A DNA stretch of 43,172 nucleotides from Sphaeroforma arctica JP610. Its lineage: Eukaryota. The number at the start of each line of letters is the position of its first letter. Within the stretch, counting starts at the first letter, position 1. Under the pieces are notes generated by a model. The model was not told the DNA's origin, did not search any database, and saw nothing but the letters and a program-made list of their open reading frames with translations. The stretch is from NCBI RefSeq assembly GCF_001186125.1, contig NW_014040133.1, forward strand, positions 15,568 through 58,739. Reading direction: 5' to 3'. A program made the translations under genes and the position numbers. This document shows, one piece after another, positions 24,316 through 36,572 of the stretch.

Positions 24316-25120
24316 ATACACAGTTACGTCATTTGTCAAAATGTCAAATGACAAAAATATGTAGCAATGTCAAATGTCGCTTAGGGTTCGTAGGATAGTT
24401 TCACGGTGGAGGCCTGGAGGGACTCTAAAAGAGGGACGTCCTACACCCCTCGTCCGGTACCCCGGGGCCCCGGATCCCGCGAAGCGTGATCTCTACCATG
24501 TGATGGTAGAGGCATCAGGCAGGGCTGAGCGCAGGGCTGAGCGCCTGAGCCTCTGAGGGTGTCTCTTCTCACTTTTGCTCTTCTCTCTTGTGTTGTCAGT
24601 TGTCAGTTGTCAGTTGTCACTGTTTCAGAGAGAGAGAGAGTGTGTGTGTGTGGAACTGTGGATTCTGTGGAATGTGGATGAAACATCAACCAGATTTTAT
24701 TTCATTTTATTTATAGCTCCAGTTTGACCACTGCTCGTGTCATATATTCAGAAATACAAAACAATGATTTTACGTTTTTTCCAGCTCGTCCATGGGACGT
24801 GCTGGCAGTACAAAACGGGATAGCTAATTTATGCCTTTTATCAAACACCAACCCAGTACGTTTTCGCTCCCCTGCGATTTCTATGACACCATTTGCAAAA
24901 GGGCTGACATCTCGGTTAAATTCTATGTGACAGCAACAACTAACAACCCACACAGGCCAGGCACACACCCAACAACCAGCTGGTGAGTGGTGACTATAAT
25001 AAAGTAATATAAATATAGTATACACAGGAGCAGCACGTACACACGACTACACACTCCCTCCACAAGTGCTCGCGTATCACACACACATACAATACACACA
25101 CTACATACATATAATTAAAG

Positions 25121-28100
25121 ATGTTTTTGCAGAGTGTAGCTTCCAGGACTGTAGGTGCCACCCCAGTGGTATCCAAGATCGCCGTTGCATCTATGGCCAC
25201 AAGCACCAAGGCAAAACAGGCCAAGGCTAACAAGGGTAAGTTAAATTAAAGATTTATTTGAATTGAGTTGGTTAAGAAACAATTTATTTGTTACATAGAG
25301 TATTACATACATCATTGTATATTCTTTTTCAAGTTTTACAGAGACACTGTTTCAACGGACAGGAGTAGGTTAGTTTAGTGGAGTATCATTACGGTTTGTA
25401 GTATCCCAATAAACATTGGAATCAACATTGATATTTATAATGTGCATCAATGTATTGATCTGTAGGCTCTTCTATGGCAACAAAGGCCTAGGTCAAGTTG
25501 AGTACGGTAGATGATATTTTAGTGGAGATTGACTATATTCACTACGTTGTGAAGTTTACATATGCATTGATTCAGCAAAGGTTAAGTAAACATATAGGTT
25601 GTTTGAATATAGCCAGGCAAAGTGTCGGCAATTGGAATGGTTGCTTCTACCACTTGCAAACCATGTAGTAGAGTACACGGCTATTCTATCCGTGTATCTG
25701 TATATACAAGCTCGGATTTATTGTTCAATTCTGACTATACAATCGTGGTATCCCAGACTGCCCACATTATATATGTATATAGATGTATATTTATATGTAT
25801 ATGTATATTCTATATCGTTTACATACATATATTTATATATTTATATATTTATGACTCCGCTTGGCTTATATTATATACTACATATATTACCCCTGAAAAA
25901 TTGTGTGGCTGCTTACTGTTGCTACTTGATAGAGTCTGCGTGTGTATATCTGCATGCATTTCCGTCGCTGGTGGCATTGCATTTTCGGAAACAACGTCTT
26001 CGACTACCAGCACATCTACATACATGGAACACAGTCACACAGGCGCACGCACATCCCAAACAAGAGTTATAAAAATCCATTAAGTGTCACGACACGCGAC
26101 TGTGTGTTCCAAGTTGTTCACTTGGAATAAAGTATGCTATTACAGACATGACATGTTGATTCTATATTTTAAATGTCTGTAGCACTGTTTCAATATCAAG
26201 CCAGTGGTGCTATTTCAAGTGTGGATTATGAATTTACTACCTTAGAATAACAGAAAACCAATATGCAACGCAGATGTTATTTTTTTATTAATCTCAATAT
26301 GTATATATGTGCATATATATGCATGTATGTTTGCTGTAATGTTATACTAATAATAATCTCGGGATGCACTACTGGTGTGTTATTCGTGTTCTACGAATAA
26401 TTCCTCACGCAACTACCTCGCACTCTATTTAAAGGATTGCTGCCACATGTTCATCACATGCGCGTTCCATTACTTGTTTATTTAAATCTTAATCATATCC
26501 CCAACCACCCCCGATGGTTTATATTATATACGCGTACATTTTTTTGTCAAACTAGAGGCACAAACATACAGCCTTATCGTCCGACACTGATCTGTTTATA
26601 TATATTTATATAATCACAAGTGCTTGCTATACATGTACATACAACATACAACCCACACCTGTTCATTTCACACCCACCCACAGCCCCCGCCGTTAAGGTC
26701 GAGAAGAAGCGTATCGGTCGCAATGTAGTGCTTGTTGAGGGTGTGCGAACTCCGTTCTGTGTGAGTGGCACTGAATACAATGACCTTATGGCCTATGATT
26801 TGCTGCGATATGCCTTCTCCGGCTTATTGGACCGTGTTGATATCAACCCGGCCGACATTGACTACATAACCGCGGGTACGGTAATCCAGGATGCCAAGAC
26901 CAGCAACATTGCGCGTGAGGTGAGTGGTGTGTGTTTGGTATCTCGCAGGGATTTATATGAGTGTGTACAGATACATATGTACATATGTATGTATAAATTT
27001 ATATATTGATATATGTATATATATATGTGTGTGTGTGTATATATATGTATATATATATATATATATATGTGTGTGTTATATATATGTATGTATGTATGTA
27101 CTCAATCCGTCCGAAGAATAGTGAAAAGTTTCATGGGTGTATCTGTTCGTTCGCATTGTTATAGTTATAAGCTTCCGCAGAGCAGCCATTAGGCTTTAAG
27201 CATACCATAGTGCAAACAGCACTCGTGATGTCGTAAGGGTTGGGGTTGAATCTGCTACAGGAAACAGTATATAACGGTGATATTCAGCATATAGTTTATC
27301 CAATGATGCTTGGCTCAGCCAGGGTTACTATGATGGTACACAGTTTAGCGTTTTCCAGTATATGGTATTTTCAACCTTGCTCTCTACATTTGTGGGCTTT
27401 TTATTTCAGTGTTTTAATACGATACTGTGTACTACAAACCTTTATCAACCGTGCACATCTGTGACCATAACTACAAAAACATGGTTGCCATGTATGCATA
27501 TCATGACATGGGACACTGGACATGTATACAAATAATGGCATAGGACATGTACCTATACGTATACTGTAACGAATACTGACCTCCACTTCCACTTCTGTAC
27601 CACTCTGCAGGCCTCTCTTAGCGCCGGTATCCCCGATACCGTTCCCTCGAACACCGTAACTCTGGCATGCATCTCTGCTAATGTAGCCATTCAATCAGCC
27701 ATGCAGATGATTCAGCTAGGCAACGCCGATATATGCATTGCTGGAGGTATGTAGGTCAATTTGGCTCTGCATGTTCTATTCTAGTCTTATAAACCCTAAA
27801 CCCTAAAATGTATTCGAGGTTGAAATACTTGGTGGCCTTGTATACATCAGTCATTCAACTTGAACAGGACAGTTACAGACACCGTGGCCCATTCCTTGTT
27901 GACGAAGTTGTGTTATTGATCGATGTTGAGTTGTGATGTATATGGTATACTTTTATGCCATCATACCCAGACAGCTTGAGGTTCTTGCATACACTGCGGC
28001 CCTGTCTCGGGAGTATTATCAAAGTGTGCTTATGTTGCTCTGTCTTGGTAGTTATGACCTATTTATGTATGTATGTGCATATAATCTAATACAATAAGAC

Positions 28101-29452
28101 AGACTGATGGCAATGAAGACATTTGAATTCCTCGTTCCGTATATGTGGGCAGTAGCTCGCGCTGTATCTGCTTTCTAAGCCGATCGAATTACTGAATAGC
28201 CTTGCTGCGTATATCGTACGGATCTGCAAAGTTGGTCTTCCAAGTTTATGTGTACTATGAATGTATATGCATACGAATTGACACCACAGATGTTCATCTG
28301 TTCAGGTGTTCATGTACCTTGTGAACTAATTTTTCTTTTCTTTTACCCGCTTGTTCATAGGTTCCGAGACAATGTCCGATGTACCTATCCGTCTCAGTCG
28401 ACCCCTCAGAAAGACTCTTCTAGCGTCACAGAAGGCTAAAGGTACGCATCTGTATGCATTATCTGTCTGTCCAACAGTATATCATTCTCATATTTATTAT
28501 TGAAGGGTGCATGCATGAGTGACCTGCTGGTGAGCTCTAGGTTTGTTTGTGTTACGCTAGTAAGCAGTTTGCCTCTATTAACCGGAAGGCTTGGGCAGTA
28601 TAGGTACGGAAACACGCTAAGACTATGTGTGTTGGTCTTACAATTCTGAATCCTATTTGTAGCTAATTGTAATTTGCGGCCTAATTGTATAGCTAGATGT
28701 TGTGCAGCTATCATTCTCCCGACTCGCCCAACACCAATCAATAGACTACTTCTGCTTCTGTTGCGCACTGTGAGGGCAATGAGGACATTGTGATTACTCG
28801 TTCCGTATATGTGGGAAGTAGCTTAGGCTGTAGAACCCGATCGCATTTCCTATGTGCCTTTGCTACACATACTTATTTGTATCTAATACACTGCAAGATG
28901 GGAGCAGAATACCGAAGCTGTATAACCTGAGACGTCGAAGAATTTAGATGAAGTAGTTGCGCTCATTTTTAAATATCGTAGCAGCCTTGGTTGAGTTTCA
29001 TTAGCCCACCATCAAACCGCACTGATTCAGCGAGTGTACCGCGGTGATTTTCAGAGTACTCGTTCTAAATATTAATATAAATCTATCACTCTTTCTAAAA
29101 ATAGGTCCCGCTGGCCTATTCGGACTTGCCCGCAAGCTCAAGGGCTCAGATATCGGTCTTGAGCTTCCAGCTGTTGCTGAGTTCTCCACCGGAGAGATCA
29201 TGGGACACTCTGCCGACCGTCTGTGCACAGCCTTTGGCATCTCACGCGAGGCTCAAGATGGTAGGTGATAAAGTGTTTATACGTGATCGTACGGTATAAG
29301 GTACCTATGAACATGAACATAGACTCGCGGTATGAATACGTCCGAGTGTCTATGGTCAGTATGGTATGTGGTATATTTACGTTGTGAAGTGTTTATGATC
29401 ACATGCGATATCTCGTATTACTAGCATTCTTATGTGAACTTCACTGAGTGTC

Positions 29453-29483
<31 letters not shown>

Positions 29484-31484
29484 ATATGTACATATACATG
29501 CATATATGTATATGTATATATTATTGGTTGTATGCAGTTTAGATGGTGGTAGAGAGGTCAGACACGCATATTAAAGATGGGGTGTGAAAGTTTATTTCGA
29601 AACGTGATGTCTTGTCTGGGTGAGATAGGTACAGAAACGAACATTCAATCTGCATCCATTCATTTGAAGTTTTTTATTTGTCTATTTTTGGTCTGTGATG
29701 TGACCTGCCTGTACACCACCTGCAATGACTCGGAACCATTTCATCTGTATCTATTTATACTGATCTATTTTTGTCATGGGATTCTTCTTATGCTTCTGCA
29801 GAGTTCGCCATGATGTCTCACCGTAACGCCAAGGACGCATTCGACGCTGGTCTATTGCGCGACATCATCCCTGTCAAGGTATGATGTGGAAGTACACGTT
29901 CGCATATGGCGGTACGGCATACACAGCATATTAGCTAGATGGAGTGCATCAAGTTTTTTAGTTTTTTGCCTACTAGTAGTCTAATGTGCACTTCGAGATA
30001 GTAACCAAGTACTGTTAGTATTCGCATGTTCTTTCCAGTAGTAGAGTATCAATCTTTACGGTGCCCAACGTGTAGGTTCTATCGGAATCTGTTGTTAAAC
30101 ATGCTTTGAATCTCTATTTTGCATATACTCCGATTTTTAGTTTGTCGCAGTACGAAGGTAAACGATTCAATGTTTATATATGAGCAGCGCATCATCGCAG
30201 CTCTACGCATTTTCTTATTACCGCTTTGTGGGGGGCCATCATATATCATTTATATACCTCCCACGTACATCCTAACTTTCGTGTCTAACACACTCTCATA
30301 TTACTACTACTAACCAGGTCCCGGGCAAGTCCAAGCTCGTTACCGCCGATAACGGTGTGCGCATTGTCCCCGCCGAGAAGATGGCTAAGCTAAAGCCCGC
30401 CTTCGTCAAACCCCACGGAACTGTCACAGCGGGTAATTCCTCATTCTTGACGGATGGTGCGTCCGCCACCATGATCATGTCAGAGGAGAAGGCTCTTGCG
30501 CTGGGTCTCAAGCCCTTAGCCTACTTGCGCGAGTGCACGTTCGTTGCCCTGGTATGTCCTGGATTGGATTAGGGGTTGGTGCCGAGCGGTATCCATGTGT
30601 GTGAATCTGTGACTACCTCCGAATGCTAATGCCGTTGGTTTATGTTGCAGTGTAGTGTGTTTATAGTACATAGATCTGTCGTCGTGTATCGATGTTTGAA
30701 AATATCAACGTTTCATCTGTAGGATCGCAAGGATCAGGTACCATCTCTATTAATTTTTTTACCACATCACTGATTTCTTAGCACCTACCTACCGATATAG
30801 CTTGAGTAATCGCAAGAATCAGTTGCGGCTTCACTACTTCATTATCATGGATTTCAACACCCATCAATCCATTCATCCTGTAGGACCCCAAGGATCAGCT
30901 ACTTCTCGGCCCTGCATACGCATCTGGTAAGGTCCTAGACATGGCCGGCCTCAGTTTGAATGACATGGACGTGGTGGAGTACCACGAGGCTTTCGCGGGA
31001 CAGATTCTGTCTAACATCACGGCTATGGAGTCCGATAAGTTCTGTCAGGAGCACATGGGCCGCAAGAACAAGGTAGGGTTGTGGACTGGCATACTGTGCG
31101 ATGTACGCGTGGGTATGATAGACCTTAAAGTATTTGACTACATGCTATCGATCGAAACTAGTATATTGGTGTATAAGCGGTAGTTGCTCTACCAGTCCGA
31201 CGATATAGATCCACATACCCATCTTCCTTTGACTTCCCGCCTCTCAAACCTTTTCTACATCTTCACAACCCTCGACTTGATAGATTGGAACCATGCCTAT
31301 GGACAAGTTTAACCTTTGGGGTGGATCCCTCTCCATCGGTCACCCCTTCGGAGCCACTGGCGGCCGTATTACCACCACAGCTGCCAACCGATTAATCCAC
31401 GAGGACGGCACATTCGCGTTACTAGCTGCTTGCGCTGCCGGAGGCCAAGGAGTGGCCCATGTACTTGAGCGTTACCCCAACTAA
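25121..31484 (+). CDS. HADHB: Mitochondrial trifunctional enzyme subunit beta (long-chain 3-ketoacyl-CoA thiolase), 9 exons
   Basis: Exons 25121-25235, 26684-26919, 27611-27746, 28361-28441, 29105-29260, 29802-29878, 30318-30551, 30884-31072 and 31284-31484, all GT-AG and phase-consistent. Basic presequence-like N-terminus ([10 protein letters not shown]...). Motifs: [25 protein letters not shown] (catalytic Cys), [70 protein letters not shown] and ACAAGGQG. These are characteristic of the HADHB/FadI thiolase subfamily. Confidence 0.95.
28109..28845. repeat. ~75-bp direct repeats in thiolase introns 3 and 4 (about 28109-28187 and 28775-28845)
   Basis: ggcaatgaagacatt...ctcgttccgtatatgtgggcagtagct versus ggcaatgaggacatt...ctcgttccgtatatgtgggaagtagct. 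Confidence 0.8.
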
Positions 31485-31531
31485 ATCAGTAAAATGAATA
31501 TTTATTTAACCAAGATACGACATAAGCTGCC

Positions 31532-31832
31532 GAATGGATACGATGTGCCGTGCCGTATTCACCGCATTTATTGACTTGGGGGGTGGGTTTTTGTCATTTG
31601 TCGACGTCTAATACAAACAACAAATTTCCTGGTAGCAAATTGATGCAATGGACAATTCGCTCGTTTTTCCCTCGACGTTGTATTCCTCGCTCACGAATGG
31701 ATACGATTTTGCGTGCCGTATTCACCGTATATTCAAGGATTTTGATGCTCTTTTGAAACAACAATAATAAATTGATATCCCCAGTAGTCGGCGAATTACA
31801 AATCTCCTGGTAGCAAATGATTCGATGGACAA
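31532..31832. repeat. Diverged ~170-bp tandem duplication downstream of the thiolase stop
   Basis: gaatggatacgat..cgtgccgtattcaccg at 31532 and 31696; aaat.tcctggtagcaaat...atggacaa at about 31622 and 31800. Confidence 0.75.
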
Positions 31833-34800
31833 AAAGGTCTTCTTTCAGTCCAAATTATATTCTCCCTTGTATATATGTACCTACGAATCGACTATCGATG
31901 AGAAAGGCGCACATATGTATCTTTCAAAGCGAGTGTGCATCATTGAAATTTATATATATCCCAAAACCCATCGAAATAGTATTCACACCAGATATATCCG
32001 ATGCCAGAATCGGTAGCTAGTGACCCATCTAAATAGTGTTCAAAACAGACGTATCAGATGCCAAACTCGGTAGCTAATGTGCTTAATTCGCACTGTAATA
32101 TTAGAAGCCAACATTGAAACTTGTGATCATAGGCTATTTAGACAATGATCGTACACTAATCTTATTAACTCAGACTAGACACTGAGACGTGTACTATGGA
32201 GCTTGGTGCTTGGCTAGAATTGAATAAAACACTTCTTAGGCGGTAATGGGAATCCAGCAATCAGCCTGGCTTTTCAAAACTACTCACCCCTATCGGTAGC
32301 TGTGTGCATACAAATAATGTGATATCTCGGTGTTCTACAGGATGGCGCGGCTTTCCAATAGCACTCATTCTCATGTTCTAGCGCGATGACTCGACTTTCA
32401 ACTTAATCACCTTTATCGGTTGCCAAGTAATCTCACATGATTTAACACGATGACAAATTGACATAAAAATACTATCCAGCTCAGCCTTATCGGTTGCTAA
32501 GTAATCTCATGTTGAAACGATAAATAAAAAAACTATTTTCACATCTGTGTAGACTCTTATCTCAGATAAATGATAAAATGAGATGTAAACGAGACGTGAG
32601 TAGTTCAACGCAGTCAGTGTCATTGCAGTATGGATCAACGTGAACGATTTAGAACATGACCGTGGACACTTGGGAGTTGAGACTTAAGACTCGAGCCATC
32701 GAGCGACTTCAGTTTTTACACTCACGAATCCAATCAGTTTTCTCACACACGAGGCTGCTGATTCACCAATTTATTAGACATTACCCAGGGGCCCACGGGA
32801 CGTCAATAAGTTATGGGCCACATAAATAAAAAGTATTTTTAATAGAACGTGAACGTGTAAAATATTATTAACGGTTGCACGTTTATAATTAATACTGAAA
32901 GCGACGCTTCAGCCTTCCGGCCTCCACATGTCCCTATACTTTATCGTAAAAAAAAATACAAAATTGGCCGGAAACCTGTTGTGAAATAAAATAACGTATA
33001 ACGTTTGAGCTTTTGGCTGTCGCCAATCCCACACGATTTGTTTTTATTCTGTTTTTTATTATTCAGAAAACAATACATAGCCAAATAAAACAAACAATAC
33101 GTTGTTTTTTTTACAATTTGAGAGTACTGTTATACTACAGTACTGTACAAAAAATTGAATAAGACAAAATAGTTTTATGTCACAGATTGGTATTGGCCCA
33201 ATATAAATCAAACACTAAAAATGTCATCTAAAAGTAGAATCCTGAGGGTTTCTGGCTTGTTCAATTTAGGTACTATTTATTTGGGTTTTTATGTCCGAAA
33301 TTCAGGGCTAGTTGTCCTGCAAGTCTGCAACAGGCATCAGTAATCACAATTCACAGGCCATCACTGATCACTGATCAGGCATCAAGCCTTCACTCTTTTG
33401 TAAAACAAAATGTTTTTAAAAAAAAATAGCCATATTGAAGGGTCATCGCAAGACCAACTCCAAGTCCCAAGACCCAAGATTTAGATTTGAGATATATATC
33501 TATAGGCCGTAGAGCACTGACAGGGACCAGGACTCACCAGGGTATGTACATAGGGGCATTTTTAAAACTATGTTTGACAAGCCTTGTTGAGTCAATTATT
33601 TCAATTATTTTTTAGTACATTCAGCATAGCGGCATAGCCTATGTATTTAGTATTTATGTAAATACAGTTAGTCATTACACTTTTATTTGTGATGTTGTGA
33701 GACATCAATAGTATTTAATAATAATAAAAATACAGTCGTCAACCATAGGCATACTTAAAATAGATGTCAGTTCACACTTCAGAAATCTGAAATCACAGTT
33801 GGGAATCACCGCCGGCCCCCACAAGGCGCCAAGTGGCTAACTCCCGGACTCCGAGCCGCCGACAGTCTACTACAGAGTACAGAGTACAGAGTACAGAGTA
33901 CAGTCTCTCAGAGTGCTGACTGCTGAGTGGTGCATGTTGATTTACTGTTTTACTGCACAAATAACACAATACACATATCATGAAACGGGAGGAAGATCTC
34001 TCCTTCTACTCTCTTTCTCTCACTTCTCTTGTGTTGTGCAGTTTGACTACTTGAATTGCTGATGGCGACAGGCCTCATAACGTACAAGGTATGTAGCTGA
34101 AAACGTACTACGTTTTACGTTAACGCACACAATTATAAAAGTTTTTACGCATACCGTATTCATTTTGGTGTTTCTAAAATGAGAACTGCAAAAAACAGGA
34201 ATTCAGGAACTGTGCTCAATTATACATTGGTCCGGATCCAAAACTGACAGTTCAATTTATATATCAGTGGTATTCGTTCAAATTTTGACAAATATAGTTG
34301 GGTAACATTTGCCAATATATTGGCAGTCTTCATCGCCTAGGTCGAAAACGTATCAGGCGTACCGCTAACGCAATGTTTTGAAAACGTGTTTACGCTTAGC
34401 GTAATAAGCCCCGGATGGAGATGGACATCATAAGGTACGATCATTGTGTAGATGCCTACTCTCTACTCTCTAGTAGAGAGAGATGGACTGCAGGTCCATG
34501 GTGGTCCGGTGGAGTGCGGAGTGTGGACTGGTGGTGGACTCTGAGTCTGGGGGGTTCGGGTACATACATGCCTACACGTGGTCAACTTCTTTACTTCTTC
34601 GTAGATCTGACTCTTCAAAGCGACTCGGAGTCTGGAACTGGGACTCTAGAGTCTGGGTCCTGGGAGACCTCAGACCTCATACTCATAGTCTCAACTCTCA
34701 TAGTCAATGGACAATGAGTCAGTGAGTGATGACTGAACCAATTGGCGAGTCGCGAGATATTATCGCCAGGCCCCAGGGCTTCTGAGAGCACTGGAGCTGT

Positions 34801-35912
34801 CAGGGGCTCAGGCCTCAGGCCTCAGGGCTAGCCGACTACCACGCATCAGTCCTCAGAGTGACAGAGTCTCAGATTTCGACAGGTAGACGTCTTATGTCTA
34901 ACTCATAGCTGAAGTCTTCTCTTGAGAGTTCTAAATTGGAAAAAAAATCCTACTCCGATATCAGGAGCAATTACGATAAGCTTTATATTGGATACTGACT
35001 TCCCCCCCCCCTCACCCCCCACTGATCACTCCTGACCCATGATTGGTGAGATACATGTATTAACTTAATTATCTATATTCAATTTTGAATTTGCCGTAGC
35101 CATTTTTTTCTTCAATTTTCAGTGGGTAATAGATATTTCGTGCGTAAGATAAATAAACGTAATCTGTTCTCACTTGTTGTGTCTTGTGGTCCTTGTTGTG
35201 CGTGGAGTGTGGAGTCTGTGAACTGTGGACAAATTTGTCTTATATTTTTGTGTGCTGTGGCGCACTACACAGCCAGTGACAGAAATAAAAATAAAAATAT
35301 GTTTGTTTCGCTTTTAAAAAAACAACAATAGAGTAGATTGTAAAAAGTGGGGTGTAAGGAGTATTCTGTGATATTTATGTGTTCGTTATTTTAACTGTTT
35401 CGACGACTTGTGAAAGTTGTTAGCACTTTGCAGTTTACGGGTATCTCCTTGGAGATATTTCTATTCTATCTATATAATAATTTGCTGTCGCTTTATTATA
35501 AAAGTGATATTAACAAATGGCAATAGCGCTATAAAAATTAACAAGTATACTTTAAAAAAATGATAAAAAGGAGACAATCCGAGATTCGGTATTACAGATT
35601 GCGCCTTTGTACTTTTGGTTGCCTTTTCTTCTTTTTGCTCATTTGCGAGCTCAGCTATTGTATCATGATTATATTTAGAATATTTACAATGTTTCGTGCG
35701 AGGGTAATTAAGCATCCTCAATTCCACATTCGCCTGAAGCTTCGGCCCCAAGGTGCGAAAAGCCGCGCTTGACGACCATATGCATCTCGATTGCATTCCC
35801 AACCCCGTTTGCCTTTCCCCCAGACTTTCTCTAGCTGAGTCTAGAGCTGTTACAAATTTCGTGAGCTTCTATATTACAAAGCTTCATCATAACATGATCG
35901 TTCACTACATCC

Positions 35913-36572
35913 ATGCGGTCACAATATTACACCTTGACTATACGAAATATGATCGAGTTGAGATGCTACCGGAATAGCAAACTAACTGAACAACTAGGGC
36001 ATAGAAAACTGTGCGCAGACAGTTTAGGCTCGTTAAGTTCATCAGATACTATATATCTACAACACAGTGAGAGGGTCAAAAGCAAGGGTAACTCGATCTA
36101 TATCGGTATATTGCGAAGGATGGGCAGCTCTCCACCTAAAAGCACCCTGCTAGGATCCAAGCCGCTCGTGGGACATGAGCATCCGCAAATGACAGAAGTC
36201 TTGTCGGGCGAGCACGACCGGTATAGAAAACTAAAAAATGCTTTCTTGCAATATGCAACGGCCCACGCGTGTGAAGAGAATATACAGTACCTTGTCGAAT
36301 TCGAGAAGCTGAAGGTACTGAGACAAAGAACCCTAGGCGAGAAAGACAGTGAACTGGCATTCTACAGGGCAATTGCCATGGTTGATAAGTATATATTAAA
36401 ATTAGCTTCACATTCCTTAAATATTGGACACACTTTGAAGATGCGGGTGGAACAAAGCGTCGATGCCTCTTTTGACGAGCTTTTCTCGGCGCTTAAAGAT
36501 GTGGCGCGAGAAGTAGCGTTGATGCTCGAGTTAAATCTGTATGGCGACTTTATCGACCAAACCTGTGGATAG
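35913..36572 (+). CDS. RGS (regulator of G-protein signalling) domain protein; true start uncertain
   Basis: AFLQYATAHACEENIQYLVEFEKLK...AIAMVDKYILKLASHSLNIGHTLK...VAREVALMLELNLYGDF matches RGS signatures (FxxF/Y...xEENixF, ixxkYI...exNI, evxxlm...yxxF). Confidence 0.8.
   Translation: MRSQYYTLTIRNMIELRCYRNSKLTEQLGHRKLCADSLGSLSSSDTIYLQHSERVKSKGNSIYIGILRRMGSSPPKSTLLGSKPLVGHEHPQMTEVLSGEHDRYRKLKNAFLQYATAHACEENIQYLVEFEKLKVLRQRTLGEKDSELAFYRAIAMVDKYILKLASHSLNIGHTLKMRVEQSVDASFDELFSALKDVAREVALMLELNLYGDFIDQTCG

Noticed and set aside
25599..26130. ORFs of 153-157 aa inside thiolase intron 1
   Set aside because: Non-ATG starts for the two longest, low-complexity TA-rich content, no recognisable motif, and the thiolase frame is complete without them.
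27791..27808. Telomere-like AAACCCT repeats (also TTAGGGTTTAGGG near 21212)
   Set aside because: Only two units each, which is compatible with chance.
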